From positions 960,001-1,024,000 of the forward strand of contig CP000067.1 of assembly GCA_000002445.1 (NCBI GenBank): DNA of 64,000 nt. Direction: 5' to 3'. The notes below the pieces were generated by a model. It was not told the origin of the DNA. It was given only the letters and a program-made list of their open reading frames with translations, and did no database searches. This DNA comes from Trypanosoma brucei (Eukaryota). A program made the translations under genes and the position numbers. Numbering within the stretch: the stretch's first letter is position 1; every line of letters starts with the position of its first letter. Positions 13,266 through 22,791 of this stretch are shown here, in pieces.

Positions 13266-16200
13266 ATGTGCAACATCAGATCTAGTTTCTTATGCGCACT
13301 TTCCCCATTTCTTCTCAGCACAACTATTCTTCCTGCTATTTCTGTAGGCAACAAACTTGAGCAGCTGGGGGGCCCTATCATGTTTTCTTTCACGCCTCGG
13401 GTTGGGCTTAGCTTTGACATTTCTGGCAGACGGGGAGCAGATAACTCTGGTTTGTGCCGCCCTCACCGTCTACGCTTAGCCACCGTAGTGATGTTACTAC
13501 TCTTCATGGCTCCCCCAGCTTTATCAGAAGATGTCATGACGGTTAGGGTCTACTCTTTGCTATATAATCCTCTTATACCGGACAACCTATGCGATGCAAT
13601 CAATGCAGGACTCAACGCTTCTCTGGCATCCCGCAAATGGACTGTTGCACCCGATGTCAAGGTAGAGCTCATTTCACCTACGTCTTACAAGATCAAGCCT
13701 GTTGAGGTCCTTCAAGTCGCCTTAGAGCGACACAAAGGCGAGTTCTTTGTCGTCATTGGGCCAGTTGGCGACGGTCAGGCGCTTGCCTCCCTTCCATTGC
13801 TGGAGCGAGAGAATTTGGTCGGTTTTGCTCCGTCCACCGGGTCCAACGCTATGCGTGGATGGAATCCCCACGTATATTTTCTCAGTGCTTCGCCCAATGC
13901 GGAATTGCTCACCCTCGTTCGCTATGCTGTCAGCCAACTGCGCCTGCTTCGGATTGGATTTATGTATCTTCGGGGCATTTCCTTTGGTGATACTGAGTAT
14001 AAGATGACCACGTCACTAATGTCCAGCGTGGGCCGTGAGCTATGTGGTGTGTTTACTGTGGACGGCTTAATGAGAGGACGGGTCAACGATGATGACTTTA
14101 ATACCGCCTGGGAGCAGTTTGCGGAGACGAGACCGCAAGGCGTCATCGCGTTTGCCCCTCCGGCAAAAGACCTCATCAAGTTTGTGAAGAGGTTGTTGTC
14201 TGACAGCCGCACGCACGATGCTTACTTGCTGTCTTCTTCATCGCTTGAGTTCGCACTAGACACGTGGCGCGAGGCATTGGAAGCAGATGGTGCTGAATTT
14301 TTTCTTGGCCAACTCATGCTAACACGAACAGGTCCACTGGCGAGGGACACACACTACCAAGCAATCAGGCGCTTTCAGGATCACATGAGGTCGTACCTGA
14401 GCGCTAATCCTGGAGTGACTGTTTTCAATGGCACGGATAACTTCGACCACGACGACGTGGATGGGGAGCTTATGGTGTATGGGTGGATTGCGGGAGAAGT
14501 GCTGTCCCAGGCGCTAAGTAGTCGGGAGTGGCTAACAAGCAGGAAGGCATTCATGGAGTCACTGTATAACCAGCGCCGTTATGTTATTGACGACCTTGTG
14601 ATTGGTGATTTTGGTGGAGACTGCAAAGGTGGGGCCGGTGAGCGAGGAGCAGCATGCAACTGTAATCAGGGAGGGAATGTGCTGTACATCAATGTCGTCG
14701 GAAACGACGAGCGATTCCACACGGTGCAGGGAGGAACAACAGTCTTTGAACCGTCCAGGTGCCTTGCTGAAAGCGTAAGACTGTACTCTCCACTGAACAC
14801 TTTGATGTTTTTAATGCTGGATCGCGAGTTGGCGCAGGTCTCCAGCGAGGCACTGTACTACGGAGCTAATGTTCTAACTGGTAACGGGAGATTTGGTCAA
14901 TCTGATCGGCTATTTATAAGCATGATACCTTCGCCGTCAAATGCCACCTATTTGGCACTACAGAGCGAGCTTGACACAAGGAGTGTGACGGCTGTGTTTG
15001 GTGTCGTTGATGATGCGATGCTGTCCATTGCCGAAGTTGCCTTCGTTGACCCTGTAATGCTTACACCACGCCTGCATCATCGTGGCAGAAACGTGATTCA
15101 ACTTTCACCCACACTCGAGCAGCAGTTGTTTGTTGTTGTGGGTTACGTGACAAACACAAGTGCCAGCGCCCCTATGTCTGCCATCGTACGTGGAGCTGAT
15201 GCCACCATCATTGAGGTCGCACTGCGGAAGATTGTTTGGATGCACGGCGGAACACTGCAAACGGTAGCTGTGCTGGATGACAATGCCACCCTTGTTGGGC
15301 GCCTGCCAAACCGTGGGAATGCGTTTGTTATTGGTCTTGCCCCCGGTGACCCTTCCTTGCTCGCAGCGCACCTGGATCGCAACCCAGATGTGCGTGTGCT
15401 CATCCCATTCTTCGACGTTGCCCTGATGTATGATGAGCTGGTCAGCGCATTCAATGGTAACCCGAACGCTGAGCGTGTGCAGTTCGCGACAAGTTTACCT
15501 CACTGGGCAGACGCCAATACGTCATCAGAGATCGTAAGAGAATTTCATACCGCATTGCCAGACTCATCAGCATGGAAGCCGCTGCCGTTGCTGGGGTACG
15601 CTGCTGCACGGTTTGCTCAAGCCGTCCTCCCACGCATGGAGTATGTGACACCCAAAACGCTGCTTGACACCATCTACATGCAATCTATCATTACCGCGGA
15701 TGAAATGCGGTACGGTCCTTTTGAAGAGGAAGAGGAGAAGGAGTGCTTCACAGCCAATGACCCAGTCCCTGAACAAGGAGAGGTGTGTGTTGTGAACTAT
15801 GGCGCAACGCGTATTTCCATGTGGTCACTGGCACGTGCATTAAATGCCTCCGTACCGCCATTAACCTCGCCCGTCACGCCATTGATACGCTACGCTGATC
15901 CTAACGCCATTAAGTTGTCGTCCGCACAACTTGCCGGAGTTATTGTTGGTTCCCTCGTCGCCTTGGCTTTGTTTGCTGCGCCTCTGGTGGTGGTGCTCTA
16001 TGTTCTGCGCCGTGGTGCGCGTGACAATGACAGTGCTCCCAAGGAGCCAATGGAGCCCGTAACGCTAATCTTTACTGACATAGAGAGCAGCACAGCGCAA
16101 TGGGCAGCACACCCTGAGCTGATGCCTGATGCCGTGTCAACACACCACCGTCTTATCCGCTCACTCATCGTACAGTACGGATGCTATGAGGTAAAGACTG

Positions 16201-17090
16201 TTGGGGACTCGTTTATGATTGCTTGTAAAAAACCTTTTGCTGCTGCACAGCTTGCGTCCGACTTACAGCGGTGCTTCCTGCGCCATGAGTGGGGCACCAC
16301 AGCATTCGACGATTCGTATCGTGAGTTTGAGAGGCAGCGTGCAGATGACGATAACGAATACAAGGCACCGTCCGCACGGTTGGATCCTGAGGTTTATCGC
16401 CAACTGTGGAATGGGTTGCGCGTGCGTGTCGGGGTCCACACTGGTATTTGCGATATCCGCCGAGATGAGGTGACAAAAGGCTACGATTACTACGGGCGAA
16501 CATCAAACATGGCAGCGCGAACAGAAAGTGTGGCTAATGGTGGTCAGGTGCTGCTGTCGCGCGCGGCATATCTTTCGCTAAGCAATTCAGAGCGTGGGCA
16601 ACTTGACGTGACAGCTCTTGGATCCATGTCGTTGCGTGGCGTCCCTAAGCCTGTTGAAATGTACCAACTAAACGCTGTAGTCGGACGGTCCTTCGCAGCA
16701 CTGAGGTTGGACCGCGAGGTTGTCGAGGACGGGGATCTGTCAAGCACTTCCTTCAGCGATACGGGATCCTTACGTGGCGTATTAAGTGGAACTTCGCAGA
16801 TGATTGACAGCTGTTTGCATGCCGTGCTTGGAACGCTAGGTCCATCCCAAAGACAGAAACTATTGATGCCTTTATGCGAGCGCTGGCAGGTGAGCCTCCC
16901 GCCGTCATCGAAAGCCACGTGGAATGAGGAATATTGCGAAGGAGTTATACGGCGTATTGCAGTGAAAGTGGGTCGAGTGGTCGATCACTGTGCAGCAAGT
17001 GGCAGTGAGCGGTCCGCGAGTACACTTAGGAGTGCGTCACTCATTATAATTTCTAATCATGGATTGGATGGGGAGGCGCGTACCACATAG
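13266..17090 (+). CDS. GRESAG4: Receptor-type adenylate cyclase (GRESAG4-like): extracellular periplasmic-binding-protein-like domain, one TM, class III cyclase catalytic domain. Solitary inverted paralogue of the downstream array
   Basis: 1274-aa ORF. TM segment LAGVIVGSLVALALFAAPLVVVLYVL is followed by cyclase catalytic motifs (VTLIFTDIESSTAQWAAHPELM, YEVKTVGDSFMIACK, RVGVHTGICD, GRTSNMAARTES). About 700 C-terminal aa are near-identical to the three array copies. The real start is probably ATG 13380 or 13491 (see regulatory feature). Confidence 0.9.
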   Translation: MCNIRSSFLCALSPFLLSTTILPAISVGNKLEQLGGPIMFSFTPRVGLSFDISGRRGADNSGLCRPHRLRLATVVMLLLFMAPPALSEDVMTVRVYSLLYNPLIPDNLCDAINAGLNASLASRKWTVAPDVKVELISPTSYKIKPVEVLQVALERHKGEFFVVIGPVGDGQALASLPLLERENLVGFAPSTGSNAMRGWNPHVYFLSASPNAELLTLVRYAVSQLRLLRIGFMYLRGISFGDTEYKMTTSLMSSVGRELCGVFTVDGLMRGRVNDDDFNTAWEQFAETRPQGVIAFAPPAKDLIKFVKRLLSDSRTHDAYLLSSSSLEFALDTWREALEADGAEFFLGQLMLTRTGPLARDTHYQAIRRFQDHMRSYLSANPGVTVFNGTDNFDHDDVDGELMVYGWIAGEVLSQALSSREWLTSRKAFMESLYNQRRYVIDDLVIGDFGGDCKGGAGERGAACNCNQGGNVLYINVVGNDERFHTVQGGTTVFEPSRCLAESVRLYSPLNTLMFLMLDRELAQVSSEALYYGANVLTGNGRFGQSDRLFISMIPSPSNATYLALQSELDTRSVTAVFGVVDDAMLSIAEVAFVDPVMLTPRLHHRGRNVIQLSPTLEQQLFVVVGYVTNTSASAPMSAIVRGADATIIEVALRKIVWMHGGTLQTVAVLDDNATLVGRLPNRGNAFVIGLAPGDPSLLAAHLDRNPDVRVLIPFFDVALMYDELVSAFNGNPNAERVQFATSLPHWADANTSSEIVREFHTALPDSSAWKPLPLLGYAAARFAQAVLPRMEYVTPKTLLDTIYMQSIITADEMRYGPFEEEEEKECFTANDPVPEQGEVCVVNYGATRISMWSLARALNASVPPLTSPVTPLIRYADPNAIKLSSAQLAGVIVGSLVALALFAAPLVVVLYVLRRGARDNDSAPKEPMEPVTLIFTDIESSTAQWAAHPELMPDAVSTHHRLIRSLIVQYGCYEVKTVGDSFMIACKKPFAAAQLASDLQRCFLRHEWGTTAFDDSYREFERQRADDDNEYKAPSARLDPEVYRQLWNGLRVRVGVHTGICDIRRDEVTKGYDYYGRTSNMAARTESVANGGQVLLSRAAYLSLSNSERGQLDVTALGSMSLRGVPKPVEMYQLNAVVGRSFAALRLDREVVEDGDLSSTSFSDTGSLRGVLSGTSQMIDSCLHAVLGTLGPSQRQKLLMPLCERWQVSLPPSSKATWNEEYCEGVIRRIAVKVGRVVDHCAASGSERSASTLRSASLIIISNHGLDGEARTT
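13285..13347 (+). promoter_or_regulatory. Polypyrimidine tract plus AG dinucleotide, a candidate SL trans-splice acceptor for the plus-strand adenylate cyclase
   Basis: The sequence tctagtttcttatgcgcactttccccatttcttctcagcacaactattcttcctgctatttctgtAG (AG at 13346-13347) lies inside the 5' extension of the long ORF. The first ATG after it is 13380 and the next is 13491 (MLLLFMAPPALSED, signal-peptide-like). Trypanosomatid trans-splicing uses a polyY tract followed by AG. Confidence 0.45.
14970..17065 (+). repeat. About 2.1-kb block of the plus-strand cyclase gene that is near-identical, in inverted orientation, to each tandem array copy (e.g. 47290..49390)
   Basis: From codon LDTRSVTAVFGVVDDAML onward the translations of all four copies agree residue for residue, with rare substitutions. 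The same antisense small ORFs recur (15143..15454 matches 48903..49214; 16544..16918 matches 47439..47813). Confidence 0.85.
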
Positions 17091-17879
17091 ATATTTATCC
17101 CTGGCTCGGGAGCCTGCACAATTAAGCTTTTCCCTTTTCAGTTTGGCGTGGAGTGTCCGCGGCGACGCATGCGCATACGTGGCACGTGCTTTTATAGAAC
17201 CCGACAGTTTACTCTGTGTCTTCCCTTCCTTTCACAACGCATTGCGTTATCATTTCTGATTTGAAAATACCATGCAATACCCCTGGCCGGGGGGGGGGGG
17301 GTTAATTCCTCTTTTGCATTCCGTGTATTCGAGAGGAGAGCAATTATTACCACCCAAATTGTTCCATTCGTAAATTTTGTTCGCAAATTATTGAAACTGA
17401 AAATAACTTCCTTAAAGTGTTCAGTGGCTCATAATCCCGCCCCACCATCGTTTTGCCAATTTTTTTCTTCTTTTCCGTTTTCTCCGCAGCAGGAGGGGAT
17501 AAGTAATCCCGGTCTTAAGCTAATTTCAGTACGGCCACATTTTGCATTTTTTTTTCCCCCTTCCCTCTTTTTTATTATGCGCCAGCGCTGCCAGTGGCAT
17601 GCTTGCTGGTGTGCATTGTTTCTTATTTCTACTTTACTACGGCGATGCGATTTTCCTTTTCCAGGAGGGGACCTTGGTGCACCCATGTGCGCAATGGCAT
17701 TGAATGTGGTATGCGTGCCAGTGAGTTTTCATGGGCTTGTTGTGTGTTGGAACGTGTGGCTTCCACCCACTGTGGATGTTTTACCGATTGATGAATCTCC
17801 TTAAAGCTCCCTCCTTTGGAACGTCTGCGTTTTTTTTTCTCTTGTCTTTCATCACCTAGTGATTTGCTTTTCTCTGTAA

Positions 17880-19100
17880 GGAAGATTAGCTGCTTCCATG
17901 CGTCGGCCCCCTCTTCCGCGTAGATACGGTTTGGCACGCCGGCTTGTCTGAGGAACCGGCGGGACCGGGCGGTTGCGGTTGCAGGGTGAGAGTTGTAACC
18001 GCAGCGCGCACCTTTTGGCAGCGAGAACCATCAGGCATTCGGGGTGCCGTTGGGCGACGGAACAGGTGACGTCGAAAGGGAAATAGAGGGAGGGGGTGGG
18101 TTGGCTGCTGTGCAAGCGGCGGGTGCATTGCCAGGTCCCTTTTTAAATGGGTATGTTAATAGCGTCGGCTTCCAGTCCATCCAACAGTGGGGCGGGCGCG
18201 GGAGTCGTGCGTGTTCGGGTGGAGCGGCTTGGGGAGAGGGGGGGGGGGGGAGGGACTGTGGACTGAATTACGTGGCTGAGGCGGCGGGCGTCGCGGAAAC
18301 AAGAGATCCATTAAGTTTGTATGGTGGGGGGGCAGGGCTCCCGGGAACTCCGACCATCCTCATGTGGGGTTGACTGGGCGGTGAAGTGTGAGGGGCTTTG
18401 GGCCTTAAACGGCAATTCCCGCGGAAGCCGGGCGATGAAATTGCCTTATGGAGAACTGGGTCGTTCAAAGGTGTCCGGTCCGAGGGATTGGGTTCTCACT
18501 TTTTTGTCGGACGCGTTCGAGCAAAGCTATCGCGAGAAAATTTTTGGGGCCATCGCCCCACATGGCGGCAAGCCACTTCCCCTCCCCCCAGATTCGCGTC
18601 AGTGCTGACGATGTCGCGCTTGAGAGTTCCTGACGTAACCGTGGTGCAAGGAGGTCAAAAAGCGTAGGAAAAGGAAGGACCGGGCTAGTGGATCACAAGG
18701 ACTTTTTTCTCCCCCCCACCCACCGGGATGCGGCCACCGAGCGAAATAATAATGTGTATTTTTTAAAAGTTGGGAACCATAAGCAAACACAGTGACCGGT
18801 AGGTTGGGGAGCGGACCTGGGCAGGCGAGTGTCGCTGGAGACCACAGCCCCGAGACTTGAGAGATGCAGGTTTCGCTTCTCGAATGCGACCCTCTTCGTG
18901 AAAAGTGCGCCTTTCGGTTATGGTCAAAACCGGCTTTGGCGAACCGAAAGGGGGGACGGGGGAGGGGGCCCAACTGTTTTAAAATTTGGAGCGGAAGTCC
19001 AAGGGCCGGAAGCTCTTCAGCGGGGTCCGATACATACAAAACTGTTATGGAACGCCCTTCTTTTCACGCACAGATATGTAGCGGATTTTCCTAAAATTTT
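17880..19100. other. GC-rich, G-run-containing island inside the AT-rich convergent strand-switch region
   Basis: This stretch has much higher GC than its flanks and contains G13 at 18238-18250 and several GGGG runs. Only glycine-rich artefactual ORFs are present, and no RNA gene could be recognised. Confidence 0.5.
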
Positions 19101-21585
19101 CTCGACACTGAAACGGACTAAATGCCTTGCCGTCGCTTACTCCTGTTCCTATCCGTTGCGTGCAGGCCAGATTATGCTACAAGTTCTTATTATGAAGCAC
19201 GACGTCTAGGGGATAAATGACTGTCGCCGTATGTTTCATTTCGTTAGGTTTAGAGAAGTAGGAATCACGTGGTTCCTTACCACGCTTCTTTCGTGTCGTT
19301 CCCCCCTTTCCATTTTTCTTTTCCTTTTACTGGATTTGGGGTCCGGCCGTCCTTTCATTTGTCCATAATGATAACTTGAGGTGCATTACGAAAATAAGTT
19401 AATTCCACTTGACTGGCAGCCCACATAAAATAAGACCAAGCCATCTCACACGCCACACGGTATCTCAATTAACCTTATTTATTTTTATTATATTTTTAGA
19501 CCCGCTTCCCGCTCATTCGGTGCGTTACATATATTCTGGGAAGTGGGGGGAAGGGGTGCCCCTCCGTCGCTTTTCCCCTTTTTCCGTGTCCTTAGTTATT
19601 ACACTTTATCTTGTTTTGACGGGATGGCCTAAAACTTTTTTGGCGCCTTTCCCTTCCTTTTTTCCGTGAAGCAAACGGTATTACATTTTTTTTTTTTAAA
19701 TAGAAGCCTGCATTATGAATGGTTTTGGGCTTAGGAATGCGGAGTATTATTGTGCAAGGTTATCATTGTATAAATACGCTGGCCCTTTCAACACATTACA
19801 CAGCTGTTTTGCAAGAGGGTGAAAATTTTAGAAAGCCCACACAACCCAACCTTCTCCGCCCCGCCAGGGAGGCGGGTTAAAAACGCTTTCAGCACTTCCA
19901 TATCGTTAAACTATCGTTATAATTCATATTTTGTGTAGGATGATGAGGAAACCTTACTGTTTCTTCGGCATGATAATTATTTTTTATATCTTTCTTTTCA
20001 CCTCGTTTCATGACTTCCCCTTATCGTAGTCTCCACGTTTCCAGTTAATGTGAGTGAGCCGACGGAGGCATCGCTTTTTCGTGCCGTTTCGACTCCCGAG
20101 ATTTCGCCGTTGATGTTGGCAGCGAATAGGAATTTCCCCCGTGGATATTTTTGTGGCGGCACACGGAAATGTGTTCCCTCCACCTTTTCTTTTCTTTTTA
20201 TTGTTTTTTATTTTTATTCATTCCTCTCCCTTCTCTTCTTTACCTTCCCTTAATCGCCACACTCGGGGGTTCCACCGGCGATTTAAATCAAAGTTTTACT
20301 GCCGGCACGTTTGTGTTGAAAGCTCCGGGACCGTTTGGCAACTAAACATCCACGCCAGAATAAATATGCAACTTTGCCGCCCACTGGGGGTTAAAACATC
20401 TCTTTGTCTTAAAAAAAAAATAATGTGGGAACCCAATACACTCGTGGCTGCATTTGTTTGTTGTAATAAATGATAGCGGCACGAGATGTAAGGGATGAGT
20501 AGGGAAAGCAAAAAAAAAAAAAAAAGAAACAATCAAAAACAACAACAGCAGAATTTATGTAACGAAACATGATATGGTGAAGTCAAATGCTACGCAACAG
20601 CGCTCACATGTATGTATGCATATGTATGTGTGAGTTGTTTTCCCACTCTCCCTCATCTTCACTTTCTCTCCTAAGTGTACAAATATATATATATATATAT
20701 ATATTATATTATTTTTTGAGTACCAACTATGGCGGCCAAGTGCCAACAAAACAACAATAATAATAAAAAATAAAAATAAAAGAAAGTGTTTTTGGGAAAT
20801 TACTTTTTTTGTTTGTTTTTTCTTCACCTCCTCTGGTTGGGTTTGTGTCCAATAATTTCTGTTAAGAACGTGCTGCTTTTCCTCCCCATTGCCGCGTGAA
20901 GAGGATTCCGCATTCTTTTGTTTTTGTTTATCTGTTGGACTTCAATATTTCCCTCCTTTTTTCTTTTTTAAAGATTTTTTTTCTTCTTTAAAATCTCCTC
21001 CTTCTCCTCCTCAGTTTTTGTCCCCCCCCTTCCTTCGAGTGAGTTTTTGTCTGTCTTTTAATATAAATAAATAAACGAAAAAAAAAAGGTCTGATAATTA
21101 AATTGAAAATAAAACAAACAACCAAACAAACACACTTAAAAACATCAAAAAACAAAGGAAGGAAATAAGGACATCTTAACTGTTTGAGAGGCCCGAAGCA
21201 CCAAGTTGTAAGGGACACACACGCACACTCATATAATGTGAATAAATAAATAAATATATGTATATACATACATGTGCATATGCGCATGAAATTGTACATA
21301 TGACAGTACTTTCCCGTACCATTCCTCCGTTTCCTTGTTTCGGCAACTGCGCCCACCCAAACACCCAACGCCCACACGCACGCAAAATTATAATATTAAA
21401 AATAAAATACAAAAACAAAAACAAAAAAACAACATTGCATTTGACTTTCCAAAGTCCACGACATCTTTCACAACCACTTTTATTTTGGATCATAGGATGA
21501 GTTGTTGCACAGTGAAGAATTTGTATGTTGGAAAAATAACTTTCATATGTAGTAGTGCATTTCGGCATCAATAAATTCAGTCGTC

Positions 21586-22791
21586 TCATCCTTCACTTTG
21601 AATTTCGTTTCTTTTCTCTCCTGCCGCTTCCATTCCATACGGAGGCGCCACCTCCACGGCAACATTATCGCTTATTTCATATCCGAGCGTATGGGCACGT
21701 TTTCTGAACATATCCCTAAAATGCATTCCATCTTTTACGGGAGAATCACTAATCGAATTTGATGTTGACGATGATGATGTTGATGAAATGGAAGAAGTTT
21801 CTTCCCCATCCATTTGTTCTCGACTTTGTGCGTTGAGGTGTTCGCTGTGCATTTCCTCATCCTGGACTTCATCATTGTTATCTGCTGATTCGGACCGGCT
21901 CGATGTGTCGGGCTGCTGCTCTCGATATGGTTCGTTTATTGCGTTTGGAATTTCACAACGCAAGCGGTCCGCTATTCGTACGGCCTCCGCGAGTTCAAGT
22001 AAATATGATTTGCGGCACCTGAACTTTTGCACTTGGCCGAGTTCGTTAATTCCGTGAAGGAGCAGGAGGGGATCATCATCACTGTTGTTGCTGTTATTAT
22101 TATTATTATTAATAATATTAATATTATTGTTATTATTATCACTATTACCGTTGCTGCCCTCTCCTCGCTCCCGCTCGCTCCATTCGTCATATTTGTACTG
22201 TGGTGGGTAATTTTTTTGTGGTTCCGATGCGCCATCAGCTCTCATGCGTTTCTGTGGGCACATTCCCATAACTGTTGTGGAGTTGAATGTTTGAGGGAAG
22301 TTTCTTTTAACATATGATTGGTGAAAATGCGCTGACGGGTAATTTGCAGGGGATTCCCCCATGACGGGAGTTCCTGCCACCCACTTCACCATACCTTGTG
22401 ATGGATGTTGGGTGTGGAGGTTTTTTTTTGCAACACGAGGCGCAAAATTTAACTTTGTCCCATATGACCTTTTGCATTTATCCCAATATTTCTCATTTAT
22501 TCCTTCCATTCGTGTGACGGGTGCGTGTGGTGGCGCTGTTGTCGTTCGGAATTGAAGAGTTCCACCACCGTAATCGTTTCTTGAAACAAATCCCGTCACC
22601 GGTGCCGGAACATGTGGTGAAGTAATTCCTCTCCTTTGCGTCATGATGTCATGTAATTTTGGATGCATTGGACGTAATGGTTCAAATGAAGGTATATTTT
22701 GTGTTGGGTATCGAAATACGACATATTGAGGGACTGCTGGTGTCGGTTTACGCGCGGCGTTTGGTGCATTTCCACCCATGTTTCTTACCAT
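21586..22791 (-). CDS. Hypothetical protein, 401 aa, low-complexity, with an Asn-rich tract and a Ser/Thr-rich C-terminus
   Basis: Long ORF at the end of the minus-strand gene run. NNNNNINIINNNNNNSNNSDDD is encoded by the imperfect (AAT)n at 22094-22140. No recognisable domain. Confidence 0.55.
   Translation of the reverse strand: MVRNMGGNAPNAARKPTPAVPQYVVFRYPTQNIPSFEPLRPMHPKLHDIMTQRRGITSPHVPAPVTGFVSRNDYGGGTLQFRTTTAPPHAPVTRMEGINEKYWDKCKRSYGTKLNFAPRVAKKNLHTQHPSQGMVKWVAGTPVMGESPANYPSAHFHQSYVKRNFPQTFNSTTVMGMCPQKRMRADGASEPQKNYPPQYKYDEWSERERGEGSNGNSDNNNNNINIINNNNNNSNNSDDDPLLLLHGINELGQVQKFRCRKSYLLELAEAVRIADRLRCEIPNAINEPYREQQPDTSSRSESADNNDEVQDEEMHSEHLNAQSREQMDGEETSSISSTSSSSTSNSISDSPVKDGMHFRDMFRKRAHTLGYEISDNVAVEVAPPYGMEAAGEKRNEIQSEG
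22094..22140. repeat. (ATT/AAT)n microsatellite inside the coding sequence
   Basis: Reads ttattattattattattaataatattaatattattgttattatt. Confidence 0.8.

Noticed and set aside
17787-17900. Possible C/D-box snoRNA (TGATGA at 17787-17792)
   Set aside because: No CTGA D box at an appropriate distance and no terminal stem. A single hexamer match is expected by chance.
18044-18667. Glycine- and proline-rich ORFs (e.g. MPLGDGTGDVEREIEGGGGLAAVQAAG...)
   Set aside because: Produced by the G-run and GC-rich island. Low-complexity translation typical of non-coding GC-rich DNA.
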